From Rhodoferax sp. (GTDB taxonomy: Bacteria; Pseudomonadota; Gammaproteobacteria; Burkholderiales; Burkholderiaceae_C): a DNA stretch of 64,000 bases. The notes under the pieces were generated by a model. The model made no database searches and had not been told where the DNA came from. It was given only the letters and a program-made list of their open reading frames with translations. Every line of letters begins with the position of its first letter. Positions within the stretch are counted from its first letter, which is position 1. A program made the translations under genes and the position numbers. The stretch covers positions 8,448 to 72,447 of the forward strand of contig JAIPDC010000001.1 of the NCBI GenBank assembly GCA_021737865.1, in the 5' to 3' direction. Below are positions 56,483 through 64,000 of this stretch, one piece after another.

Positions 56483-57040
56483 ATGAGAACCAACTACGGT
56501 ACGCTGCGCGGGTGGGTTCGCTCGCTGCTGGGGCACTGGGCCTACGTGGCTGGAAGACTGGAGCCGCACCTGACCCCGGCGTCGCTGTCGGTCAGCAGGC
56601 TGGTGTTTGTCTGTCTTGGCAACATCAATCGGAGTGCTTTCGCAGCGGAAGTGGCCCGTACGCTGGGCGTCGATGTTTGCTCCATTGGGCTGGCCACATC
56701 CACCGGTGCCCCCGCGTCTGAGACAGCAGTCAGCACCGCGCACCGGTTTGGCATGGACCTGTCATCGCATACCGCAACCGACATCTCGGACTACTCCTAT
56801 CAAACCGGTGACCTGCTTCTGACCATGGAGGTGCGCCATATCACGCAACTGCTTGGGCACGGCATACCTGCGCACGCAATCGCGCCGCTGGGCCACTGGG
56901 GGGCGCCACGGCGCATCCATCTTCATGATCCGGCCACACTGTCGGACGACTACTTTCGGACCTGTTTCGCCCTGATCCATTGCGCGGTTATCAACCTCAC
57001 GGCAGAACTGCGGGCGTCGGGCAGCCCGTGCGCGACGTGA
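56483..57040 (+). CDS. Low-molecular-weight protein-tyrosine phosphatase-like protein
   Basis: LVFVCLGNINRS (CX5RS P-loop), SIGL, DLSSH, DLLLTME, HDP general-acid loop. Confidence 0.85.
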   Translation: MRTNYGTLRGWVRSLLGHWAYVAGRLEPHLTPASLSVSRLVFVCLGNINRSAFAAEVARTLGVDVCSIGLATSTGAPASETAVSTAHRFGMDLSSHTATDISDYSYQTGDLLLTMEVRHITQLLGHGIPAHAIAPLGHWGAPRRIHLHDPATLSDDYFRTCFALIHCAVINLTAELRASGSPCAT

Positions 57041-58005
57041 TGAACGTACATTTGACCTTCGACATCGAAGTCTGGTGCGATGGATGGGATGCACTGGATG
57101 CGACTTTCCCCGCCAGTTTCGAGCGCTATGTGTATGCAAAGTCCGCCCATGGTAGCTACGCCTTGCCAATGACACTGGAAATACTCGAGCGCCATGGGCT
57201 CACCGGCGTCTTTTTTGTGGAGCCCCTGTTCGCAGCGCGCTTTGGTCTCGAATACCTGAGGACCGTCGTTCAACTGATACGTGTTGCTGGGCACAGCGTG
57301 CAGTTGCATCTGCACCCGGAATGGGTGGACGAGATCCGCCCGGCGCTGATCGCGAATAATGCGACCAAGCGGCAGCACCTGACTTACTACACCGTGCAGG
57401 AGCAAACGGCGCTGATCGCCTATGGCCGCAGTCTGCTCGAGCAAGCCGGCAGCGGGTCGATCAGTGTCTTCCGCGCCGGCAGTTTTGCAGCCAACCGCGG
57501 CACCTTTGAGGCCTTGCGCTGCAATGGCATCCTGATCGACAGCAGCCTGAATTCTTGCTACAGCGTCAGCGGCGCTGACATTCGGGACCAGCATGCATTG
57601 AATGCACCGTTCACCATCCACGGTGTACGCACCTATCCCGTTACGGTGTTTAGCGATGGATTTGGTCGCAGCAGACCTGCCCACGTCGGGGCTTGCAGTT
57701 TCTTGGAAATGCGAGATGCCATGCGCACCGCTGCCCAATCCGGTGCCAGCGATTTTGTTGTGGTTTCTCACAACTTCGAGATGCTCAAGCCAGGTGGCGT
57801 TCAGCCGTCCAGAATTGTTGTGCGGCGTTTCCAGCAACTCTGTGCCTACCTCGCCTTGCACCGCGATGAACTGCCGGTAACGGGCTTCGAGGCCTCCACC
57901 GAGCCATTGCCATCGGTAATGGGTCTACCCGTGAAGACGGCATCGGCCATGGTTCGCTCCACTCTGCGAAGGCATGTGGAGCAATTGCTATGCCGCATAG
58001 GCTGA
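57040..58005 (+). CDS. Polysaccharide deacetylase-like protein (CE4/NodB fold)
   Basis: LTFDIE, GVFFVE, GH.VQLHLHPEW, FRAGSF, IDSS, VVVSHNFE. Confidence 0.82.
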   Translation: MNVHLTFDIEVWCDGWDALDATFPASFERYVYAKSAHGSYALPMTLEILERHGLTGVFFVEPLFAARFGLEYLRTVVQLIRVAGHSVQLHLHPEWVDEIRPALIANNATKRQHLTYYTVQEQTALIAYGRSLLEQAGSGSISVFRAGSFAANRGTFEALRCNGILIDSSLNSCYSVSGADIRDQHALNAPFTIHGVRTYPVTVFSDGFGRSRPAHVGACSFLEMRDAMRTAAQSGASDFVVVSHNFEMLKPGGVQPSRIVVRRFQQLCAYLALHRDELPVTGFEASTEPLPSVMGLPVKTASAMVRSTLRRHVEQLLCRIG

Positions 58006-58033
58006 GCGTCGACCAGCGAAGGCTTGCTGTCTG

Positions 58034-59299
58034 ATGAATCCGGCTTCAAATTCACAATCAACACCACCCTGCATCGTGCTGGGCCTTGAAACCCAGATCG
58101 GACTCGGCATTGTCCGCGAGCTCGGGCGCGCGGGCGTCCGCGTCATCGGCATTGCGCAGGAAGCGCACGCCATTGGCCTGGCCTCAAGCTACCTTGCGCG
58201 CGCTCTGGTGGTGACCGAACCGCGCAGCGCGAAGCTCATCACCATGATCCACGCACTGGGCGAGGAACTTGGCGATTGCTGCCTGATTGCAGTTTCAGAA
58301 ACCAACCTGGTTTGGCTGGCCGCCAACCGCAACCGACTTGGACGCGTGCGCCCCATCACGCCCTCAATAGCAGCGATGGAGATCGTTCTGGACAAGCAAC
58401 GGACCTTGCGTGTGGCGCGCGCCCTGGGCATCCGCACACCAGAGTCCAGCGAGCCGACCTCCCTGGATGACGTGCTGCACCTGGCCGCCAGTGTGCGCTT
58501 TCCCGTGGTGCTCAAGTGGAGTGACCCGGTGAAGGTGGCGCATAGCCTGGATGCGGCCGCGCTGGACTCCATTAAGGCGGAGTACATCTATTCGGCCGCT
58601 GAACTGGTGGCAGTAGGGCGGCGTTATGCACCGATTGGCAAATGGCCCCTAGTTCAGACGTACTGCCCTGGCTATGGCCTTGGCCAATTCTTCTACATGC
58701 ATCAAGGCGAGTGCCTGCGTCGCTTTCAGCATCGCAGGATTGCAGAATGGCCCCCAGAAGGTGGCTTCTCCAGCGTGTGTGATGCCGTGTCACTGGGCGA
58801 ACACGTCGCATTGCAGGCTCAGTCCATAGCCCTTCTTCAGGCTATTGGCTGGGAGGGGGTTGCCATGGTCGAATACCGGTTCGACCCCGTCAATGGGAAG
58901 GCCGTACTGATGGAAATCAACGGTCGATACTGGGGTAGCTACCCGCTGGCCGTTGCCTGTGACGCCGGCTTCGCGGTGATCGCCTACTGCTTGCACAGCC
59001 ATGTGCCTCTGCCCCCATTGCCACCTGTGCGTCAGGATGTTCGATGTCGGATGGTCGCCACGGAGCTCAAGCGGTTGGTGCGCATCTGTTTGCAACCACA
59101 GCGGATCGTTGACCGTGCGTTCAAAATCCGCAAGGGGACTGAACTAACCAGATTCATTGCGGACTTCTTCAGCCCCCGGGTGTGCTATTACGTCTGGTCT
59201 GTGGCGGACCCGCGCCCGTTCCTCGCGGACATCGCCAATGTGGTGCGCAAGGCCATCCATCGTGATGAAGCGGCGCCTCCCGTTCAGAAGAGCCGTTAA
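58034..59299 (+). CDS. ATP-grasp carboxylate-amine ligase (D-aspartate-ligase-like)
   Basis: GLGIVRELG..G, LDK..T...A..LGI.TP, FPVVLK, LVQ.YCPG, GVAMVEYR, LMEINGR.WGS, DPRPF. Confidence 0.85.
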   Translation: MNPASNSQSTPPCIVLGLETQIGLGIVRELGRAGVRVIGIAQEAHAIGLASSYLARALVVTEPRSAKLITMIHALGEELGDCCLIAVSETNLVWLAANRNRLGRVRPITPSIAAMEIVLDKQRTLRVARALGIRTPESSEPTSLDDVLHLAASVRFPVVLKWSDPVKVAHSLDAAALDSIKAEYIYSAAELVAVGRRYAPIGKWPLVQTYCPGYGLGQFFYMHQGECLRRFQHRRIAEWPPEGGFSSVCDAVSLGEHVALQAQSIALLQAIGWEGVAMVEYRFDPVNGKAVLMEINGRYWGSYPLAVACDAGFAVIAYCLHSHVPLPPLPPVRQDVRCRMVATELKRLVRICLQPQRIVDRAFKIRKGTELTRFIADFFSPRVCYYVWSVADPRPFLADIANVVRKAIHRDEAAPPVQKSR

Positions 59300-59349
59300 A
59301 TTTCATTCAGAGTAGAAAGTATGCAATCCAATGCATGGTTCTTGATCGA

Positions 59350-59415
59350 TTATTGGTATAAAAATGGAGATAGTGACCGTGGAATATGCGTACGCAGCTA
59401 TCAAAATCATAGTGC
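59350..59415 (-). repeat. Intergenic REP-like repeat, copy 2 (degenerate)
   Basis: Reverse complement CACTATGATTTTGATAGCTGCGTACGCATATTCCACGGTCACTA... aligns with 33585-33650. Lies between convergent genes. Confidence 0.6.
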
Positions 59416-59460
59416 TTGCTTGCACCCGCTGGCCGACGCTCTGCCCGACCTCGTCCATTT

Positions 59461-60762
59461 CTACGGCCGATAGGCGACCACCGCGGAGGTGCTGCTCGCC
59501 ATCCAGATGAACGACTGCAGCGCCGGCACGTAGCTCCAGCGCTTGCCGATGACCCGGGCGCTGGGGATTGCCGCAGCGGCCAGGGGGCGTCGCACCACGG
59601 ACCATGCCGAGCCCAGAGCCGCGGGCGGGGTAATGTCGTAGAGGGTTGAATTGTCCGCATCGGTCAGCAGCACGAACTTGCCAGACTCGGGCACCCAATC
59701 AAAGCCGTGCGCCGAGCCAGCGTTTGCCGCAATGGTCTGAGACAGCGGGGCCAGCGTCCAACCCTGCTCGGCTTGCCCACAGCGCAGGAACGCCAGCACC
59801 ACCTTCTGCTGCACTGTGCAGGTCAAAACCAGGATGTCGAGCCGGGCATGATGGCGCAGGGTGGTGCTATCCGGGTCCGCTGCCGGAGCAAGGCCCGAAG
59901 CGCTGGCAAAACCAATCTCGCGTTGCTGTCGGGTGGCAACATCGAGATAGCGGACAAACGGTGGGGCAGACGACAGTCCAGCGATCCACCATATCCGCTT
60001 GCGAATGGAGTCGTAGGCCGAGCAGGCTCCTGGGAACAGGTAGTTCGACGGCCCATTCACTGACCAACGCGTCCACTGGCCCTCACGCATGGTGGTCGAA
60101 GTAAAGTCAAAGCGGTGCGCCCATCCGGTGTTGGCCGATGCATTGACGTGCACCGCGAAACTGGCCACCCGGACCAGCGAGCCCAAAGCCGCGCCGCCAT
60201 CCGACGGTGGCACGATGGACAGGGTGTCGTAGCTGTGTCCGGCACCCGGCTGCCCGTTACCATATTCGCAATGCAGCGAATCGAACGCGGGGTCAAGCCC
60301 TTGCGTCTCCCCGGTTGTAAAGAGCCAGTTCTTGCCTTCCTTGCTGGGCGTCGGGTCGGACAGGCGCTTGAACGTCAGATCATTCATGTCCAGGATCACC
60401 ACACTGTTGTCAAACGTGGCCGCATGGCCCCCGCCGTGGAAAACCATTGCGCCCATGGGTCCCCAGTAGGGATTGAAGACGCCGCCAGAAAAGTCGTCCA
60501 CAATTTTTCCAAAAGACTGCTCCCACCCCGGTAGATTGCCGTTTTGTGAAAGAAAGGAATTCTTGGTTGCAACCGCCCTGATCGCGTCATCTCTTGCCGG
60601 AACCCAAAGTGGCAGCGGCAGCGGCACGGGCTCAGGGGTCGTGGCGACGGCAGCACCGACCGTGATGCTGGCAGCACCACCACAGCCGCCCATCAGCGCA
60701 CAGGTACCCACGCCGGTGAGGGAAGACCGCAGAAACTGGCGCCTATCGAATGCATATGTCAT
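59461..60762 (-). CDS. Tat-exported lipoprotein with beta-propeller homologous to the central domain of 30920..33523
   Basis: DRRQFL twin-Arg, lipobox MGGC, Pro-rich linker, FSGG, GGGHAA.FDN, GHSYD, GKRWSYVP.L. Confidence 0.75.
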   Translation of the reverse strand: MTYAFDRRQFLRSSLTGVGTCALMGGCGGAASITVGAAVATTPEPVPLPLPLWVPARDDAIRAVATKNSFLSQNGNLPGWEQSFGKIVDDFSGGVFNPYWGPMGAMVFHGGGHAATFDNSVVILDMNDLTFKRLSDPTPSKEGKNWLFTTGETQGLDPAFDSLHCEYGNGQPGAGHSYDTLSIVPPSDGGAALGSLVRVASFAVHVNASANTGWAHRFDFTSTTMREGQWTRWSVNGPSNYLFPGACSAYDSIRKRIWWIAGLSSAPPFVRYLDVATRQQREIGFASASGLAPAADPDSTTLRHHARLDILVLTCTVQQKVVLAFLRCGQAEQGWTLAPLSQTIAANAGSAHGFDWVPESGKFVLLTDADNSTLYDITPPAALGSAWSVVRRPLAAAAIPSARVIGKRWSYVPALQSFIWMASSTSAVVAYRP

Positions 60763-60817
60763 CGCAAGGTCTGTTCGTTCAAAGACTGAACTGTATTTTC
60801 TTGCGGACGGCACGGGT

Positions 60818-60831
60818 TTGCGATTTCGCAA
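60818..60831. promoter_or_regulatory. Palindromic box TTGCG-ATTT-CGCAA (perfect arms) serving back-to-back promoters
   Basis: Minus-strand TACAGT (60795-60790) and plus-strand TGTAAT (60854-60859) each lie exactly 22 nt from the box. Confidence 0.75.
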
Positions 60832-60920
60832 GCGCACTGAATCGTTGGTGTTCTGTAATTGTCCGTTGGGCCGCTCGGTACATCCGGGCGGATTGTGCAT
60901 CTTCTGGCGGGAGGCGCAGC

Positions 60921-62555
60921 ATGGACAGACGCGCATTTGTGATTCAAGGCTTCGTAGGCGCAGGCAGTCTGGCAACTGCCCGATCCGAGGCAAGGGCCCG
61001 TCGCCCCGCTTCGGTGGTATCAAAGGCGTTCGCCGAGCCGTTGCCGTACTATCCACCGGATCCAAAGCAATTCCTGACCTGGGACGGTGGAAGCGGGCCC
61101 AATCGCGCGTATTGGAGCCAAAAGCTGCTGTTACCGTGGGCCAATCCGGGGATTGGCGACTGGCTGGACGCGCGCCAAATTGCACAAGGGTCCATCCCCT
61201 TTGCAAGCGCAACGGTGACGGGGGGATCGATCGCGCTCAACGTTACCGATCTGGTGAGCCGCTGGCTCGCTTCCGGATTGAATCGCGGCTTCTACCTGCG
61301 ATCCACCCAGGTGTGGCCTTTTGAATTTGCCGGTCGAACCCATGCGACGGTCACAGCGCGTCCGCGACTCCAGGTCGTTACCGACCAGGGAACCACGGAC
61401 GTCGAGTGTTCCTGCAACGCGAGCTGGACACCGAGTTCCTACCTGTCCAAAGACAGCCGCAATACCTTCCGCGTGGCACAAGGTAACCAGTTTGCCGGAC
61501 TGCAATTCGACCTTTCGGTAATTAAAGGGGCGATACGCAGTGCCATGCTGGTCCTGAACTGCCTGTCATTGAAATACCCCGGTACCCTTGAGGTGTTTGA
61601 GCTGCACCCGCCTGAATTCCGTATTGGCAAGGGGGAGCACAAGCCACAGCTTGGCTTGGCAAACGCATACTCCTATGACCGCGGAATCGCAGCCCATCCC
61701 AGCGTTGTCTTTGCAAGCGATTTCTCAGACCTGTCCAAGCGGCGTTGGCAATCGGGTGTGGTCGCTGCCGGCAGCATGCAGCTAACCGACCCCCGAACCG
61801 GACTGACCCAGTTGCGTGGGCTAATCCCCAAGGGCCAGTTGCTGGGGTGTGACCTGGAGCGCAACCTGGTCAAGGGCACAGCTTCGGGGACGACCGAAAG
61901 CGTGGAAAACGAACTGTATGCCCGCTATTACGTTCTTCTGGAAGACAACTGGGGCTCGGAGGTTGATGGCAACAAGATGCCGGGATGGGATGCTCGGCTT
62001 GGCTGGTGGAACAACATGGGCTATTGGCAAGCCACAACCGGCAACGGTGGCCTGCGTCCTACTGGATTGAAGGTGCGCAATGCTGCCTTGAATCGATGGG
62101 AGTACCAAGGGGCGTCGATTCGGGGGCACGGTGGAACGCGGGCAAACGATGGCAATCCGTACGATCACTTGTTCTGGATTGGCAGCTATGTATACCATCT
62201 GGACCAACCGACCAGCTATGGCGATTCCGTTACCTGGACCGGAACGGTACTGGGCAAGGGGCGGTGGTACTGCATTGAGCAATACATCAAAATGAACTCC
62301 ATCGTGGGTCCCTTCGATGCCAACGGCAACGGGGTTGCGGTGAAGGATGGTCACCTGAAAGTCTGGGTCGACGGTGTCGAGGCCTATGAACGCACCGACT
62401 TCCGCTGGCGTCGGAATCCAGAGATGGGCATCCAGGGTTTCTGGCTGAACTGGTACCACGGCGGCACCGCGCCGTCTCCACGGGATATGTATTTCAGAAT
62501 GGATTCAGTGGTGATTGCGCGTTCTTACATCGGACCGCGCAACGAAAGCATCTGA
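60921..62555 (+). CDS. Tat-exported protein with DNRLRE-like and PL14-like domains; paralogue of 24826..26496
   Basis: GGAGG RBS, DRRAFV twin-Arg, no lipobox Cys. Long near-identical blocks with the paralogue (ELYARYYV.LED.WGSEVD.NKMPGWD, QGFWLNWYHGGTA). Confidence 0.75.
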   Translation: MDRRAFVIQGFVGAGSLATARSEARARRPASVVSKAFAEPLPYYPPDPKQFLTWDGGSGPNRAYWSQKLLLPWANPGIGDWLDARQIAQGSIPFASATVTGGSIALNVTDLVSRWLASGLNRGFYLRSTQVWPFEFAGRTHATVTARPRLQVVTDQGTTDVECSCNASWTPSSYLSKDSRNTFRVAQGNQFAGLQFDLSVIKGAIRSAMLVLNCLSLKYPGTLEVFELHPPEFRIGKGEHKPQLGLANAYSYDRGIAAHPSVVFASDFSDLSKRRWQSGVVAAGSMQLTDPRTGLTQLRGLIPKGQLLGCDLERNLVKGTASGTTESVENELYARYYVLLEDNWGSEVDGNKMPGWDARLGWWNNMGYWQATTGNGGLRPTGLKVRNAALNRWEYQGASIRGHGGTRANDGNPYDHLFWIGSYVYHLDQPTSYGDSVTWTGTVLGKGRWYCIEQYIKMNSIVGPFDANGNGVAVKDGHLKVWVDGVEAYERTDFRWRRNPEMGIQGFWLNWYHGGTAPSPRDMYFRMDSVVIARSYIGPRNESI

Positions 62556-62569
62556 TGCGGTTCTGTTCT

Positions 62570-64000
62570 TCAGGTGGCGGGACGCATGGCCAGTTCCAGT
62601 TGCTGGCGTCGGGCATGCAGTTCGCGGTATCGCACCAGTGCGGCAGGGTCGAGTGTCGACTCTTCGATAGCTCTGGTCTCTTGCTCCTTGATGCGGTCGA
62701 CCAGCATGCGGTTGAGCAAGTCGCGCAACTCGGCGCCCGAGTCGGACGATATTTCAGCCGTTGCGCCGTTAGACACCACCGGGTCTGCCATGAGGCGTAC
62801 CGCCAATTCTTGCGCTTCGTGGGATTGCAGTTCCTCGCGCAGCGCGCCCCAGACCAGTGGGCCGTGTTCGTGTAATTGGGCTTCCAGCCAAGTCATGAGT
62901 GGGCCGTGGGGGGCGGGCAGTTCGCACAGCAAGCCATGGTCTTCGTCTGTGAGCGTCTCCCAGAGTTCACTGTGACCCAGCAAAATTCGCACTGCGTGGT
63001 CGGCGCGGCTGGCGGGTTGGGCGCGCAGGGCTGTCCGTGGGCGCTGCGAGCGGTAGCTGCCACTGTCATCCCGGGTGCCTGATCGCGTCGGCTGCGCACC
63101 CGCATCCGGGCCTCTGCCTTTGCGCCAGCCATCGGCATCCGTTCTGGTTTCAGCCGCTGCCGGCGCCCACAGCACGTTGAGTTGTTCACTGTCCAGTTGC
63201 GCCTGCACTGCCAACTCTGTCAGCAATTGCATTTTTAATGCTCCCTCGGGCAGTGCCGTCCACAAGGGCTTTGCATTGGCTGCCATATGGGCGCGGCCCT
63301 CGGCGCTGGCCAGGTCGCAGCCCTCGCGCGCGGCCTCGATCAAAAAGCGGCTCAGTGGCGTTGCATCACTCACGTATTGCGCAAACGCTTCCGGGCCGTT
63401 GGCACGGATGAAGCTATCGGGGTCGTGCTCGTCGGGGAGAAATAAAAATTTGATGCTGCGCACGTCGGTCGCATAGGGCAGTGCGGCGTCCAGCGCCTTG
63501 CGCGCGGCGCGTCGACCCGCGCTGTCCCCATCAAAGCTGAACACCACCGCGTCCGTGAACCGAAACAGCTTGTGCACATGCTCGGCAGTGCAGGCGGTGC
63601 CCAGCGTAGCCACAGCGTTCGGGAAGCCCAATTGCGCCAGGGCCACCACGTCCATGTAGCCCTCGGTTACCAGAACGTAGCCCTGTTCACGCAATGCGTT
63701 GCGCGCCTCAAAAAGGCCATACAACTCGCGGCCTTTGCTGAAGACTGGCGTCTCCGGCGAGTTAAGGTATTTGGGCTTGTCGTCCCCCAGCACGCGTCCG
63801 CCAAAGCCAATGCATTCGCCCTTGATGTTGCGAATCGGGAACATCACCCGGTCGCGGAAGCGGTCGTAGCGCTTTTCCTCGGTGCTGCCTTCTTCGGTAT
63901 TGGCAATCACCAGCCCGCTCTCCACCAGCAGCGGATCGTCGTAATGGGGGAAGACGCTGGCCAGTGACCGCCAGCCTTCCGGTGCATAGCCTAGCCCGAA
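62570..64000 (-). CDS. dnaG: DNA primase; 5'-partial
   Basis: FGLGYAP at the window edge, DRFRDRVMFPI, GFGGR, KYLNSPET, EGYMDV, ATLGTA, FDGDSAG, DPD (TOPRIM). Confidence 0.97.
   Translation of the reverse strand, partial: FGLGYAPEGWRSLASVFPHYDDPLLVESGLVIANTEEGSTEEKRYDRFRDRVMFPIRNIKGECIGFGGRVLGDDKPKYLNSPETPVFSKGRELYGLFEARNALREQGYVLVTEGYMDVVALAQLGFPNAVATLGTACTAEHVHKLFRFTDAVVFSFDGDSAGRRAARKALDAALPYATDVRSIKFLFLPDEHDPDSFIRANGPEAFAQYVSDATPLSRFLIEAAREGCDLASAEGRAHMAANAKPLWTALPEGALKMQLLTELAVQAQLDSEQLNVLWAPAAAETRTDADGWRKGRGPDAGAQPTRSGTRDDSGSYRSQRPRTALRAQPASRADHAVRILLGHSELWETLTDEDHGLLCELPAPHGPLMTWLEAQLHEHGPLVWGALREELQSHEAQELAVRLMADPVVSNGATAEISSDSGAELRDLLNRMLVDRIKEQETRAIEESTLDPAALVRYRELHARRQQLELAMRPAT

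Noticed and set aside
60808-60822. Sigma-54-like CGGCACGGGTTTGC
   Set aside because: GG and GC are 9 nt apart, not the required 10. The similar GGCAC words near 29764 and 41212 lack the -12 GC.
60763-61212. Overlapping N-terminal extensions of the two divergent ORFs (583-aa and 601-aa calls)
   Set aside because: Twin-arginine signal peptides begin at 60762(-) and 60921(+). The DNA between them is promoter sequence.
24826-62555. Inverted paralogues as a recombination substrate for a ~35-kb invertible segment
   Set aside because: Synonymous positions are heavily diverged in the stretches I compared, I saw no long identical DNA run, and there is no recombinase gene.
63010-63170. Low-complexity Gly/Arg/Ser-rich segment in DnaG
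   Set aside because: Consistent with the variable linker before the DnaB-binding domain. No intein motifs.
1-64000. CRISPR arrays, tRNA/rRNA genes, transposases, integrases, prophage or defence genes
   Set aside because: I recognised no regularly spaced repeats, RNA-gene signatures or such ORFs. Nearly all sequence is accounted for by the listed CDSs. Small RNAs cannot be excluded by eye.

Overview
A GC-rich betaproteobacterial chromosome segment, probably Comamonadaceae (inferred from the DnaG sequence and an intergenic repeat). About 62.5 kb of it is one exosortase A (XrtA)/PEP-CTERM exopolysaccharide locus. The locus holds a Wzc-type co-polymerase and tyrosine autokinase, an outer-membrane barrel, an ExeA-like ATPase, xrtA, a Wzx flippase, four GT4 glycosyltransferases plus a priming sugar transferase, two O-antigen-ligase-like proteins, nucleotide-sugar enzymes, prsK-prsR-prsT and one PEP-CTERM substrate. 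It ends against a convergent dnaG. I saw no RNA genes, transposases or CRISPR arrays. Four observations go beyond the known locus type. (1) A 14-bp TTG-N8-CAA palindrome sits 21-22 nt upstream of a -10-like hexamer in front of most transcription units, including prsKRT, and twice serves back-to-back promoters. This suggests an unannotated master regulator above the PrsR/sigma-54 layer. (2) A FeeM-like N-acyl amino acid synthase carries a PilZ-like tail, has a PrsR/sigma-54 promoter and an in-frame upstream stop, and lies in the same locus as a VAO/PCMH flavoprotein and an ACP, a possible Fee-like lipid pathway. (3) Amide-forming enzymes are unusually dense: three AsnB homologues (one lacking the glutaminase Cys), two adenylating ligases, an ATP-grasp, FemAB, GNAT, a transglutaminase-like protein, an ACP and a PLP decarboxylase. 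This points to an aminoacylated or cross-linked EPS-protein matrix. (4) Two paralogous pairs of exported candidate polysaccharide lyases each have one lipid-anchored and one unanchored member. Family assignments come from motif recognition, not database searches.
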